Positions 40,167-50,205 of a stretch of 64,000 nucleotides of DNA are shown piece by piece. How positions within the stretch are numbered: the first letter of the stretch is position 1; the number at the start of each line of letters is the position of its first letter. Made by a program: the position numbers and the translations under genes. Source of the DNA: a virus; the IMG/VR virus record IMGVR_UViG_3300023174_000097, positions 1 to 64,000 of that record; one strand, written 5' to 3'. The notes under the pieces were generated by a model. It did not search any database. It worked only from the letters and a program-made list of their open reading frames with translations, and had not been told where the DNA came from.

Positions 40167-43100
40167 GTGGCCGCTACAACACAAGAAGAAATATTATCAG
40201 GTATACTTCCAAGAGTATCAATTGAAAAAATTACATTAACAACCTCCTCTTCTAATTTAGAAGTGGGAGTTGAATTAAATATAAAAGAAGTATTAGATAA
40301 TAATTTCTTTGGTAGTTGGTTTGATGATATAAATATTAAAAAATATATTTTAATAGATGTGGTACAATCAACTGATTCACGAATCACAGAGGCTCTATCA
40401 TTTTCTAATGATATGATACGACTTTGCAACAAATCACGTTCACAAAATAGTGTTATAAATGCAAATGACATAAAAGCTAAAGCTTTATCATATATAACTG
40501 GACTACCAAGTTTAAGCGATATAACAAATTTATTACAAACAAGTATAACAAGGAATGCGATTTCTATAAACGAACCCGCTCAAAGAGGAAAAAATATTTC
40601 TAACTATCCTGGATATGTAAATAGCGACGGCGAAAAAGTATATGAAATACCGTATAAAACAAATTTTACAATTAATAATATCCAGCCAGAACATTTAGCA
40701 TATTTTGCTGTTTGCTCAATAGATATCCAGACTTTATGTTCTGATCTTAATATTGATTATGATATTGCTGAAGCACTTGAAGAAAATGGAAAAGTTGTTT
40801 CTGAAATAGTGATAGAAAATTCTAAAATTGCTGGACATAGTTATGTTTTTGTTGATGAGAATGGCGTAGCCTGGTCGGGTCCAGTTCATCAAAATGAGTC
40901 CGAACAATGGAAAAGCGGAGATGATGAAACTCCAGATTCAATTATACTCTCCAGAGTTTTAGTTTCTAATACAAAAATACAAGATTTTAGACATTTTGCT
41001 GAAATACAAAGATTGATGTTGGATTTTAATCAACAAAAGAGAGATGATAATGGTAAAATAGTAACAAATGCATTTAATCTCAACAATACATTAAACAAAG
41101 TAACAAAAATACAAGGTATAGATTATAAGCCAGATGGAAATATACCGCAATTTACTCAAATTTTTTCTTCTTATGATTCAATCGGAAATATAAAATTTCT
41201 ATTTGGGATTGAATTTATAAATGTATTAAAAAGTTATTCTAAATTTTCAAAATTATATAATTCTAATAATGAAACTTTTAAAAATGAAAGTATATCTAAT
41301 ACAAAAATATTGGATTTAAAATTATATAGAAGAAGAGTTAAGAGCAACATATCCCTTAATAATTCTCTTGCTGATTATGTTCCGGAAAAATTTAATGACA
41401 ATGAATCCGACGAAATTATATTACAGACAAAAGATGAGTCTTGGAGAAATTTTTTAAGCATAAACAACGAAAAATCAAGCATAAGAGAAACACAGCTTTT
41501 TGTTGATACTGATAATGATTATATGAGATACTTTACAGGTGTTGATAAAAGTTTCAAAGATTTGACGGATGGAATTTATCAATACTATGTTGAACTTGAA
41601 ATAGAAGATGGAATTATACAATTAATTAAAGATCAAATACGAGATTTAAATATAGCCAAAAATGAGCTTATTAAATATTATAATCTTGTTAGTATGCCAA
41701 CTATGAGAAAATTCTTGATAGAAACACAAAATCCACATATTGATTCTCCAAGAGAAACTTCCAACAATTCAACTATAACTGATTATGGATATGATCTTGT
41801 TTTAAATAAACTATCACCACAATTGGTTGATAAAATATTGCTACAATATACTGATGCTAATGCAGCTGTTACAAGACTAACACAAGAATATGGTAGTGAT
41901 GTAGTTACAAATTTAACAACAAAATATGGTGGCGCTACTTCTATTGCTGCTCCATGGAATTCTTCTGCTGCAATTTTTTCTGCAGCGTTAGATATTTTCA
42001 GTGAAGGCATACAGACAAGTCAAGATAGAACAAATATAATTACATTTTTAACTACAAATTTGATGCCTAACTCAACTAATCCAAGTATAATATCAAAAAT
42101 AATTGAAATGATTGACTATTTTATATCTTCTTTGTCAAATACTTTTGATATAAATATGGAAAATTTAAATAGCTCTTCTCCTACTTCTTCTTCAAGCACG
42201 AAAACAAATAGAAGCTTTAAAATAGTTAAATTTTTTAATGAAATTTTTGATTCTAATTCACTAAAAAGCTTTAATATCGATTACATGTCAACTTCTGTAA
42301 ATGATTCTGAAAATGATGATGGATTAAGAATGTTAACTAAAAATAAGATGGCAGAAAGAGTTTCAAATGAAATGTTGAAATTTTTCACCGGAGAGGATTT
42401 GAATTTAAATTTTTCCGGAGAAAATGAAAATATTTCACAAAATATGAAATATTCGTTTTTAACTCCAACAAGATTAGATTTTGAAAATAGAACTATTATG
42501 CTTTCTGTATTACAAAATGAAAGCAACAATTTACAAAATAGAACAATAGAAGATTTTTATAATTCAACAAATAAATATGAAAAAGCTATTTCAATATATT
42601 CTGATATGTTAAATTTTAAATTAGATACAAATGGAAAAAATAGATTAAGACTATCTTCAACTGAGCAACAAAGAACAAATTTGTCACCGTCTGAAAGAGC
42701 TGCTTCTCGAAGAAGAGAAGAAATATTAACTTCAAGAAAAATAAATGATTTATTTTCCGATTATGCAAATTTAACTATTGAAAGATTTAGTACAATACAA
42801 TCTACTAATATATTGGGTGATTCAAATATAAAATCTTTAAATAACTTAATGAGTTCTTTGTCTTCCGGAGCAATAAGAAGCAACCAGACGAACAATAATT
42901 CTTATAATACTAAATCTTCTAATAGTATTTCTAATATTGTTTCTAATTCTCAAATTGATTTTGTTAAAGAACTTGCAAATAAAAATCCAAATGACATTAC
43001 AATGTCGCCGCGAGGTCGGATTGTAGGTCTTAATAATTCATCAATAGGATTTTATCCTCAATTTTATAAAATACCTAATCAAATTAGAGCATTAATTTTT

Positions 43101-43871
43101 AAACCACAACAATTATCAAATAATGTAAAAAATAATTTAGATTACAACGGTGATTATAAAACTTATATAAGAAATAAAACGATAAATTATTTTAATTTTG
43201 AAATGATAGGAGAGATACAATATTTAAGTGGATTTGAAAATGTTGTTGAAACAAATATTTTAAATTTAAACAAACCAACATGGAAAACTTTAACTAAAGA
43301 ATATATTGATAATATAACTTCGGAAAGAGAAATATTGTGTAGAATTAAATCATTTAGAAATATAAAATTAAATATTAATGGTTCTTCGGATTTAGAAAAA
43401 AGATTCTATGATAAATATTTTATTATAAAAACAACCTCTAATCAGCAGGCAATATCAGTAACAGGATTTGTAATCAACAATCCATTTATTGGAAATATAT
43501 TAGAAGACATTAGAAGAGGACTACCCGGAGTAAGAATCAGAGAGTCCAATAATATATCATCATTATTAAATAATATTCCATCAAGTATAGAAATAATAAG
43601 AACCGATAATTCTGGAAATAGAAATATATTAGAAGTTAAAGATATTAGAGATGTGTTAGCAAGGGACATAAATAAAAGTGCTAATAATAAAACTGGCAAT
43701 TTAAAAACTCCCGCTATTGCTTCTTATGCAGCACAAGCACTTTCTATTAGCTCTCAACAAGCGCACATAAATAATAATTTTAAAAGTAGCAATCATGTAT
43801 CGGGTAGAAATATTTCTCGCGGAATGGCAAGTGTTCGTCCGAATATGCGTGATAGGACATCAGGAATTTAA
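40167..43871 (+). CDS. Large hypothetical protein, putative virion, 1234 aa
   Basis: Long ORF, GTG start with GAGG RBS. Confidence 0.7.
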   Translation: MAATTQEEILSGILPRVSIEKITLTTSSSNLEVGVELNIKEVLDNNFFGSWFDDINIKKYILIDVVQSTDSRITEALSFSNDMIRLCNKSRSQNSVINANDIKAKALSYITGLPSLSDITNLLQTSITRNAISINEPAQRGKNISNYPGYVNSDGEKVYEIPYKTNFTINNIQPEHLAYFAVCSIDIQTLCSDLNIDYDIAEALEENGKVVSEIVIENSKIAGHSYVFVDENGVAWSGPVHQNESEQWKSGDDETPDSIILSRVLVSNTKIQDFRHFAEIQRLMLDFNQQKRDDNGKIVTNAFNLNNTLNKVTKIQGIDYKPDGNIPQFTQIFSSYDSIGNIKFLFGIEFINVLKSYSKFSKLYNSNNETFKNESISNTKILDLKLYRRRVKSNISLNNSLADYVPEKFNDNESDEIILQTKDESWRNFLSINNEKSSIRETQLFVDTDNDYMRYFTGVDKSFKDLTDGIYQYYVELEIEDGIIQLIKDQIRDLNIAKNELIKYYNLVSMPTMRKFLIETQNPHIDSPRETSNNSTITDYGYDLVLNKLSPQLVDKILLQYTDANAAVTRLTQEYGSDVVTNLTTKYGGATSIAAPWNSSAAIFSAALDIFSEGIQTSQDRTNIITFLTTNLMPNSTNPSIISKIIEMIDYFISSLSNTFDINMENLNSSSPTSSSSTKTNRSFKIVKFFNEIFDSNSLKSFNIDYMSTSVNDSENDDGLRMLTKNKMAERVSNEMLKFFTGEDLNLNFSGENENISQNMKYSFLTPTRLDFENRTIMLSVLQNESNNLQNRTIEDFYNSTNKYEKAISIYSDMLNFKLDTNGKNRLRLSSTEQQRTNLSPSERAASRRREEILTSRKINDLFSDYANLTIERFSTIQSTNILGDSNIKSLNNLMSSLSSGAIRSNQTNNNSYNTKSSNSISNIVSNSQIDFVKELANKNPNDITMSPRGRIVGLNNSSIGFYPQFYKIPNQIRALIFKPQQLSNNVKNNLDYNGDYKTYIRNKTINYFNFEMIGEIQYLSGFENVVETNILNLNKPTWKTLTKEYIDNITSEREILCRIKSFRNIKLNINGSSDLEKRFYDKYFIIKTTSNQQAISVTGFVINNPFIGNILEDIRRGLPGVRIRESNNISSLLNNIPSSIEIIRTDNSGNRNILEVKDIRDVLARDINKSANNKTGNLKTPAIASYAAQALSISSQQAHINNNFKSSNHVSGRNISRGMASVRPNMRDRTSGI

Positions 43872-43899
43872 AAGATAATACAATTATTTGGAGATATAT

Positions 43900-46875
43900 A
43901 TGGCGTTTAATCGTGAACAAGCAATAGCGGCAGCAAAAGAAACAGCAAAACAATCCGCAAGAAATAAAATATTAGATATAAAAAGTAAAGGCGCAACGGA
44001 TGCTGCAAGAGGTGTTTATGACCCGCCAGCAGAACAACAGGGTTTTAGTTATGATATAATGAACTACCAGAGTGGTTGGCTTTCTACTGGAAATTCTTTA
44101 CCACAAGGTGTTGAGTGGATAAGAACTCCAAATACATTAGGATTTCGTTCAACTTGCAGAGATTTACAAAATATTTTATCAAATATTGAAGATCATAACG
44201 TAGAAGATGATACGGGTTCTACAGCTGGTTCAGCCTCAGAACGCGATAAAGGTAAAAAAACAAAACCACAGCAAGATCGCACGCCCAGAATAAGTGATAT
44301 TTTAATTCCAAGACACGATCAAAAAACTGATACAACAGTTAATACTTCGCGACCGATAGATCCATCAGAAGATGCTATAAATGCTTTAGATTCTGAAACA
44401 CACGATAATATAGCATCAAATATTTTACAGTTTGAAGATTCGCCGTTTCTTAATATTGGCAGAACAGCAACAATAATTAACAGAATAGATTATGCTGTAC
44501 CTATAGCAAATTTATCAAGAGATTATGGAATAGAAAAAAGCTTAGTTTCAGATCATATAAAAAACTTCAATGGTTCTTTTTACGTTGTTGACAATAGATC
44601 AAATTTAAAATTTCATAAAAATTTAGCATTTTATGATAATTTGAGACAAAGAAAAAAATATATTACCTTAATAAGAAACGCTACAAATTCAACAAATTAT
44701 GCAACGTTAAATAGCGCTTCTTTAGAAAATTATGTTTTTAAATTTGATTCGGATTTAAAAGTAAAAAAGCCAGAAGATCTCTCAAGATTCAAAAGAAGTT
44801 TTATAAAAGGTATTTCTTTTACCGGCTCAATATTGGGACAAAATAAAGATACATTTCAATTTGAAAAATTAGTAGATTCAAATATACAATTAATTGATAA
44901 TACATTTTCTATGCAAATGCCTTTTGAAAATTCAGAATTATTAAATACATTAAATTTAAATGGCGCATCTATTATTGATATAAAAGAAAATTATAATTTT
45001 TATATTAAAGAATATGAAAAAGTTGCTTCACAAGCCGATAATCAATCTAAAGAAAATGTATTTCCAAATTTATATGTTTTAAATTCTATTTTAGATGAGA
45101 AAACAGAACAAAAAGAGTTTTTAATTTCTTTGGCAAATTTAGATAATATGATTAATTCTGGTGATAGATTTATGCTAAATAACTCAGAAAAAGTTATTTT
45201 CGGAATAAAAGATAATATTGGTGAATATTTTGATTTATTTGGTTTAAATTATAAAGATTTATTAACAAACAATAGAAGCCTACATGATTCATACAAAATA
45301 AAACTTAATAATATTATATTTTTGTCTGATACAACAAATAAATTAAATGAAATAAATAAGAAAAAATATATGTTTCCTATGTCTGTAGATTTATCTATTC
45401 CGACTGATAAAACAACTACAATAACTAAAATGTTGATAGATTCAGATTTGATGGACAGCTTTGTGATCCGATTGTTTAATATGTATAATACAAGTAGATT
45501 TAGTTCAAATCAATCTGTAATGTGCGAAACTCTTTTTACACAAGAAGTAAATCCAGGAAATCAACAAACACAAGTTCAACAAACATTTAGTTCTAAAATC
45601 AAAAATATTAATAGTGTTAATCTTCTTCAAACTCTCGTAGATATAAGTCAAGAACCAATTAATTTAAATGATTCAAGATATACTATAATAGGCGATACGA
45701 CAAGATACTTAAGAACAAACAGAAATTCTATGAGTTTTGTAAATGGATTAAGAAATATTATTTTTAACTCTAAATTAAATACATTTGTAAGAAACAACTA
45801 TAGAAATTATGAAGATATTTTAAATGGAAAAAAATGTTATAATGAAACTGTAGCATTTAGAGTTTCTAAATATGAAAAAGGAAACAATTCTGCAATACAA
45901 AATTATTGGATTCCTAATAATCCTGATTTAGATTTAATAAACATTGTTGATACACAAATTAAATATAATAAAGAATATAAATATAAAATATTTGCTTATC
46001 AATTTGTATTAGGAAATAGAATAATACAAGATAACAATACTACATCAACATCAGATGGAGAATTTAGAATTGATGTTGAAAATCTTCCGATAGCCGATTT
46101 AATAGAAGTTGAAATATTATCAACAACTAAAAGAGTTTCAGATACTCCTCCTTTATCTCCGGAAATATTATTTGTTCCTTATTTTGGAGTAGATAATAAA
46201 ATTGGTCTATTTTTAAATGGTAGAACAGGAGAAGAAAAATTAGAGCCAATAAATATATTGCAAACAGATCAAAATATAACATCCCTATATAAGAGAGATT
46301 TAAATAATTCAGTTTTATATAAATCTGATGATGTAGCAAAAAGATTTGAAATAATGAAGCTTGAAAACAAACCAAATTCTTATGAAGATTTTTCTAAAGG
46401 TTTCATAAAAGTAGTTGATACAGATGTAAATAAAGAAACCATACAAAATGCAAGTGCTGCAGCTTTTATTGATACTGTAGAACCAAATAAAAAATACTAT
46501 TACTGCTTTAGAGCTGTTGACATTCATGATAAGCTGTCTAATCCAACACAAATATTTGAAGTTGAAATGGTGAATGAAAAAGGTATGATCTTTCCAATAA
46601 TTAAAAATTATGAATTTGAAAAACCTGCTTATTCAAATGTAAAAGAAATTCGTAGATTTATAAAAATAAAACCAGCATCTCAGCATACGTTTTTAGATAG
46701 AGAAACATCTCAAATACAAAATGACACAACTGCACAACAATCATTAAGAAAAGTAAATCTTGGTTTATCGGATGTGTCAGTTCCTTGGGGAAAAACATTT
46801 AAAATGGTTTTAACTTCAAAACAAACCGGTAAAAAATGCGAATTTAAGTTTAAATTTAAATACAAAACAGAATAA
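43900..46875 (+). CDS. Large hypothetical protein, putative virion, with FN3-like C-terminal segments
   Basis: GGAG RBS; DTQIKYNKEYKY and DTVEPNKKYYYCFRAVD. Confidence 0.65.
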   Translation: MAFNREQAIAAAKETAKQSARNKILDIKSKGATDAARGVYDPPAEQQGFSYDIMNYQSGWLSTGNSLPQGVEWIRTPNTLGFRSTCRDLQNILSNIEDHNVEDDTGSTAGSASERDKGKKTKPQQDRTPRISDILIPRHDQKTDTTVNTSRPIDPSEDAINALDSETHDNIASNILQFEDSPFLNIGRTATIINRIDYAVPIANLSRDYGIEKSLVSDHIKNFNGSFYVVDNRSNLKFHKNLAFYDNLRQRKKYITLIRNATNSTNYATLNSASLENYVFKFDSDLKVKKPEDLSRFKRSFIKGISFTGSILGQNKDTFQFEKLVDSNIQLIDNTFSMQMPFENSELLNTLNLNGASIIDIKENYNFYIKEYEKVASQADNQSKENVFPNLYVLNSILDEKTEQKEFLISLANLDNMINSGDRFMLNNSEKVIFGIKDNIGEYFDLFGLNYKDLLTNNRSLHDSYKIKLNNIIFLSDTTNKLNEINKKKYMFPMSVDLSIPTDKTTTITKMLIDSDLMDSFVIRLFNMYNTSRFSSNQSVMCETLFTQEVNPGNQQTQVQQTFSSKIKNINSVNLLQTLVDISQEPINLNDSRYTIIGDTTRYLRTNRNSMSFVNGLRNIIFNSKLNTFVRNNYRNYEDILNGKKCYNETVAFRVSKYEKGNNSAIQNYWIPNNPDLDLINIVDTQIKYNKEYKYKIFAYQFVLGNRIIQDNNTTSTSDGEFRIDVENLPIADLIEVEILSTTKRVSDTPPLSPEILFVPYFGVDNKIGLFLNGRTGEEKLEPINILQTDQNITSLYKRDLNNSVLYKSDDVAKRFEIMKLENKPNSYEDFSKGFIKVVDTDVNKETIQNASAAAFIDTVEPNKKYYYCFRAVDIHDKLSNPTQIFEVEMVNEKGMIFPIIKNYEFEKPAYSNVKEIRRFIKIKPASQHTFLDRETSQIQNDTTAQQSLRKVNLGLSDVSVPWGKTFKMVLTSKQTGKKCEFKFKFKYKTE

Positions 46876-46888
46876 TATTGATAAAACA

Positions 46889-46896
46889 CTATTTAT
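46889..46896 (+). promoter_or_regulatory. Putative late-promoter motif CTATTTAT (representative copy)
   Basis: CTA(T/A)TTAT also at 2085, 6955, 25930, 48931, 50175, 51646, 54481, 55608 and 56841, each shortly before a start codon. Confidence 0.65.
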
Positions 46897-46914
46897 AGCG
46901 TAGGAGAACACATA

Positions 46915-47847
46915 ATGGCATTTCTTGATAATTCAGGCGATATAATATTAGATGCTGTATTAACCGATACAGGAAGATACAGATTAGCAAAAGGCGATGG
47001 AAGTTTTAGAGTTGCTAAATTTGCTCTTGGCGATGATGAAATAAATTATCGTCTTTATGATAAAAACAATACAAGTGGTTCTGCTTATTATGATTTAAGC
47101 ATTCTACAAACACCAATTTTAGAAGCATTTACAGATAATGCAGCCGGCCTTAAATCAAAATTGATAACAATGTCAAGAAATAATTTATTATATCTTCCAG
47201 TTATAAAATTAAACGAAACAAGAAACGAAACATCAAGATATGTTGACGGTTCATTCTTGGTTGCTGTTGATGAAGATACTGAAAGTGCCATGATTTCTTC
47301 TAATGCAAATAGTAGTACTGTAATTGGAGTTCTAAAAGGCGTTACAACAACTGAATCATCAAATTTTATACAAGTAGATCAAGGTTTGGATACAAACTAT
47401 GAAATGGCTCCAACAACTCTTGATGCTGATTTAGTAGAAACTCAATATATTATAGAAATAGATAATCGTCTTGGAAATATTATTGCCACAAATTCCAATG
47501 GTAATACAGTAGCAAGAGCTTCTTATATAGATGACGATAATATAGCAAGCTATTTCTTTTCTCTCGGTAGTGATGGTACTTTTGTGAAAGAAATTGATAA
47601 CACAACCAGCACAGATAACAACAATCAAGTAATAAAAGGTCCAAGAGGAACAAGATTAGAATTTTCTATAAGATCTTCTATAGATTTACAAACAACAACT
47701 TTCTTGTTTGATCAGTTAGGTTCTACAACAACTATAACAGAAGCAAGAGCTACACCGACTGTTCAATTTATTGATACAAATGTTAGAGTAATTGGTGCTA
47801 CAACAGGTTATAGAATTGATATCCCTGTAAGATTTATAAAAGTGTGA
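46915..47847 (+). CDS. Putative virion structural protein
   Basis: MAFLDNSGDIILDAVLTDTGR..LAKG...FALGDDEINY; AGGAG RBS. Confidence 0.7.
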   Translation: MAFLDNSGDIILDAVLTDTGRYRLAKGDGSFRVAKFALGDDEINYRLYDKNNTSGSAYYDLSILQTPILEAFTDNAAGLKSKLITMSRNNLLYLPVIKLNETRNETSRYVDGSFLVAVDEDTESAMISSNANSSTVIGVLKGVTTTESSNFIQVDQGLDTNYEMAPTTLDADLVETQYIIEIDNRLGNIIATNSNGNTVARASYIDDDNIASYFFSLGSDGTFVKEIDNTTSTDNNNQVIKGPRGTRLEFSIRSSIDLQTTTFLFDQLGSTTTITEARATPTVQFIDTNVRVIGATTGYRIDIPVRFIKV

Positions 47848-47865
47848 TAAGTTTAGGAGAATAAG

Positions 47866-48897
47866 ATGGCTACAATATATAAAACATTTTTAAATAACGA
47901 CGTTGTTTCAACGAGAACATTATTACACGAATCAATTCCAATTACAGGAACAATTGTATCTGGTACTTATGTTACTTCCGGTGTAGAAAAAAATATAAAA
48001 AATTATGCTCACGGCATGTTTCAATCTGTATATGATTATCCTGTTTTAAGTTCGTCTGCAAACCACATATTTGATATAACTGTAGGTTTAAGCAACAACT
48101 CGGGACTTTCAAGTTCAAATAATCAACAAAACAGTAAAAAAATAAACATTTATAATCAAATGGCTCAAGTTCTTGTTGGTAACGATGTTACTGGAAGTAT
48201 ACTTGAATTTGATAGGGATGGAAACATATTAGCAGGTGGAGATAAGCTAAGAGAAGTATTTTTTGTTAATTTCTCAAGACTTCTTGTAAAGGACGAAATA
48301 AAGAAAGACACATTTAGATTTACACTTGGCACAGGTTCTTTTAGTGATCCGTTTGCTGGAACATTAAAAGTTGTTGGTGATTATGGTGCTCAAAACGAAT
48401 ATCGCGTAAATTCTCCATCCGGAGAATATGGTATATTATATACTGGTTCTGCTGCTGTTGAAGGAACAGGGGTTGGATTAATATTCTATCAAGCAGGTAT
48501 TGCTGTTTTGACTGCTTCCTTATTTGATGGTGCGACAATGACTGGCTCAACTGGAAATGTTTCAAATCTTTTCCAAACAAGTTCTATGCAAGTTGCTGCA
48601 GATTCATTAAGAAGAAGAATTTATAATATTGACTTTAATAATACAACAGAACTAAATTCAACAATTTATTTTTGTAGATTAAATCACAACGAATTTAACT
48701 ATAGTTCAAATCCAACTTATTTAAGTTCAAGTAAGATAATTGTTAAAAACAATGCAATAGACAATCCGGTAAGTTATATAACTTCTGTTGGTTTATACTC
48801 GGCAGATAACGAACTTCTTGCTGTTGCTAAATTAAGCGAACCTCTCAAAAAAGATCCAACAAATGAAATGATTTTGAGAGTTAGACTTGATTACTAA
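47866..48897 (+). CDS. Putative baseplate/tail structural protein
   Basis: EFNYSSNPTY and YITSVGLY...ELLAVAKLS.P; paralogous to 48959. Confidence 0.7.
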   Translation: MATIYKTFLNNDVVSTRTLLHESIPITGTIVSGTYVTSGVEKNIKNYAHGMFQSVYDYPVLSSSANHIFDITVGLSNNSGLSSSNNQQNSKKINIYNQMAQVLVGNDVTGSILEFDRDGNILAGGDKLREVFFVNFSRLLVKDEIKKDTFRFTLGTGSFSDPFAGTLKVVGDYGAQNEYRVNSPSGEYGILYTGSAAVEGTGVGLIFYQAGIAVLTASLFDGATMTGSTGNVSNLFQTSSMQVAADSLRRRIYNIDFNNTTELNSTIYFCRLNHNEFNYSSNPTYLSSSKIIVKNNAIDNPVSYITSVGLYSADNELLAVAKLSEPLKKDPTNEMILRVRLDY

Positions 48898-48923
48898 TCA
48901 CTATTATTAAAATTAAAACAAAG

Positions 48924-48952
48924 AAACTGCCTATTTATTTTAGGCAGTTTTT
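48924..48952 (+). terminator. Intrinsic terminator-like hairpin overlapping the late motif
   Basis: AAACTGCCTA-TTTATTT-TAGGCAGTTT followed by TT. Confidence 0.6.
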
Positions 48953-48958
48953 ATTATT

Positions 48959-49918
48959 ATGGCAAAACCAAAACAATTTATTACAAAAGATGGAAATCTA
49001 AATAACTTTAAAACAGTTTCTACAAACGATTTTAGTCAATTTCAATACGGCGATGTTATAACTGGAAGCGAATATCCTTATGTCGCAAATGTTTCAAGAT
49101 TTCACGTTTATGATGCTCAAAATAGAAATTATATAAAAGCATTAAAAAACACATTAGATTATTATATTTATTCAAGTCCTCATTTTGCTTATAGTTCTTC
49201 ACTTGGCAATAAAGAACAACAAGAATTAAGTTTGGTAACAATACCATCTATTTTCTATGGCTCCTCAATTAGAAAAGGAAGTATAAGCTGTAAATGGTAT
49301 GTAACAGGAACTGTTGTTGCTGAATTACAAGATGTAAGACAAAATGGCGAATTAATACAAATTGGACCAAGTGGAAGTAATGGTTCTGGTAGTGTTGCTG
49401 GTGTTGTTTTATATAAAGAGGGTTTTATATTATTAACAGGTTCTTGGAGTTTGCACCCAACATATACAGATAAATTTGGAATAGGCACAACAGAAGATTT
49501 GTCTCCATCTTGGAAATATTTTATGCATACAGGTTCTGATGAAACAAATAGAGTTATTTCATCAAGTTTCTTATTAGATTTTGAAGGAACAAATTATATA
49601 CCAACAGTAACAATGCTTGCTCACGCACAACAAGGTGAATTAAATCATTCTAATAATCCAACTTATATTGAGTATGGACAACAACAGAGATTGACAACTG
49701 GAAGTTATGGATATATAGAAAATAATGATGCTATTATAAAAAATATGGTTAGTTCTTCTTTTGTTGATGAAGAACCAGATTTTAAAAAAACAACTTATAT
49801 TTCAAAAATTGCTATATATGATGAACAAAAGAATTTGATAGGTGTTGCCAAGTTGGCGAATCCGGTAAGAAAAAGAGAATTAGATTCTTATACATTTAAG
49901 TTAAAAATGGACCTATAG
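48959..49918 (+). CDS. Putative baseplate/tail structural protein, paralog of 47866
   Basis: ELNHSNNPTY and YISKIAIYD...LIGVAKLANP. Confidence 0.7.
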   Translation: MAKPKQFITKDGNLNNFKTVSTNDFSQFQYGDVITGSEYPYVANVSRFHVYDAQNRNYIKALKNTLDYYIYSSPHFAYSSSLGNKEQQELSLVTIPSIFYGSSIRKGSISCKWYVTGTVVAELQDVRQNGELIQIGPSGSNGSGSVAGVVLYKEGFILLTGSWSLHPTYTDKFGIGTTEDLSPSWKYFMHTGSDETNRVISSSFLLDFEGTNYIPTVTMLAHAQQGELNHSNNPTYIEYGQQQRLTTGSYGYIENNDAIIKNMVSSSFVDEEPDFKKTTYISKIAIYDEQKNLIGVAKLANPVRKRELDSYTFKLKMDL

Positions 49919-49919
49919 A

Positions 49920-50174
49920 ATGTTAAAAAAATTTGAAAGCAGTGACATATTTGTAAATCGTATAAAAGCATATCCACGAGTAAAAGTATTTACTTATTCC
50001 GGAAGCATGTATTATGGCAATGATTCAGTATCGCAAGATGGTGTCAGACTATTTGATTTTTTAATGGTACCTGTATCTGGTGCTGCTCCAAGTCCAATTC
50101 CATCAACTGTTATAACAACTGAAGACGGACAATATTTATTAACAGAAGACGGAAACTTTCTAATATTAGAATAA
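49920..50174 (+). CDS. Small putative virion protein
   Basis: C-terminal ITTEDGQYLLTEDGNFL mini-repeat. Confidence 0.6.
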   Translation: MLKKFESSDIFVNRIKAYPRVKVFTYSGSMYYGNDSVSQDGVRLFDFLMVPVSGAAPSPIPSTVITTEDGQYLLTEDGNFLILE

Positions 50175-50205
50175 CTAATTATATATAATTTGAGGATCAA
50201 CATAG

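Noticed and set aside
19013-46875. Stop-codon reassignment as in some large phages
   Set aside because: Multi-kb ORFs are intact in the standard code, and TAA, TAG and TGA all end genes
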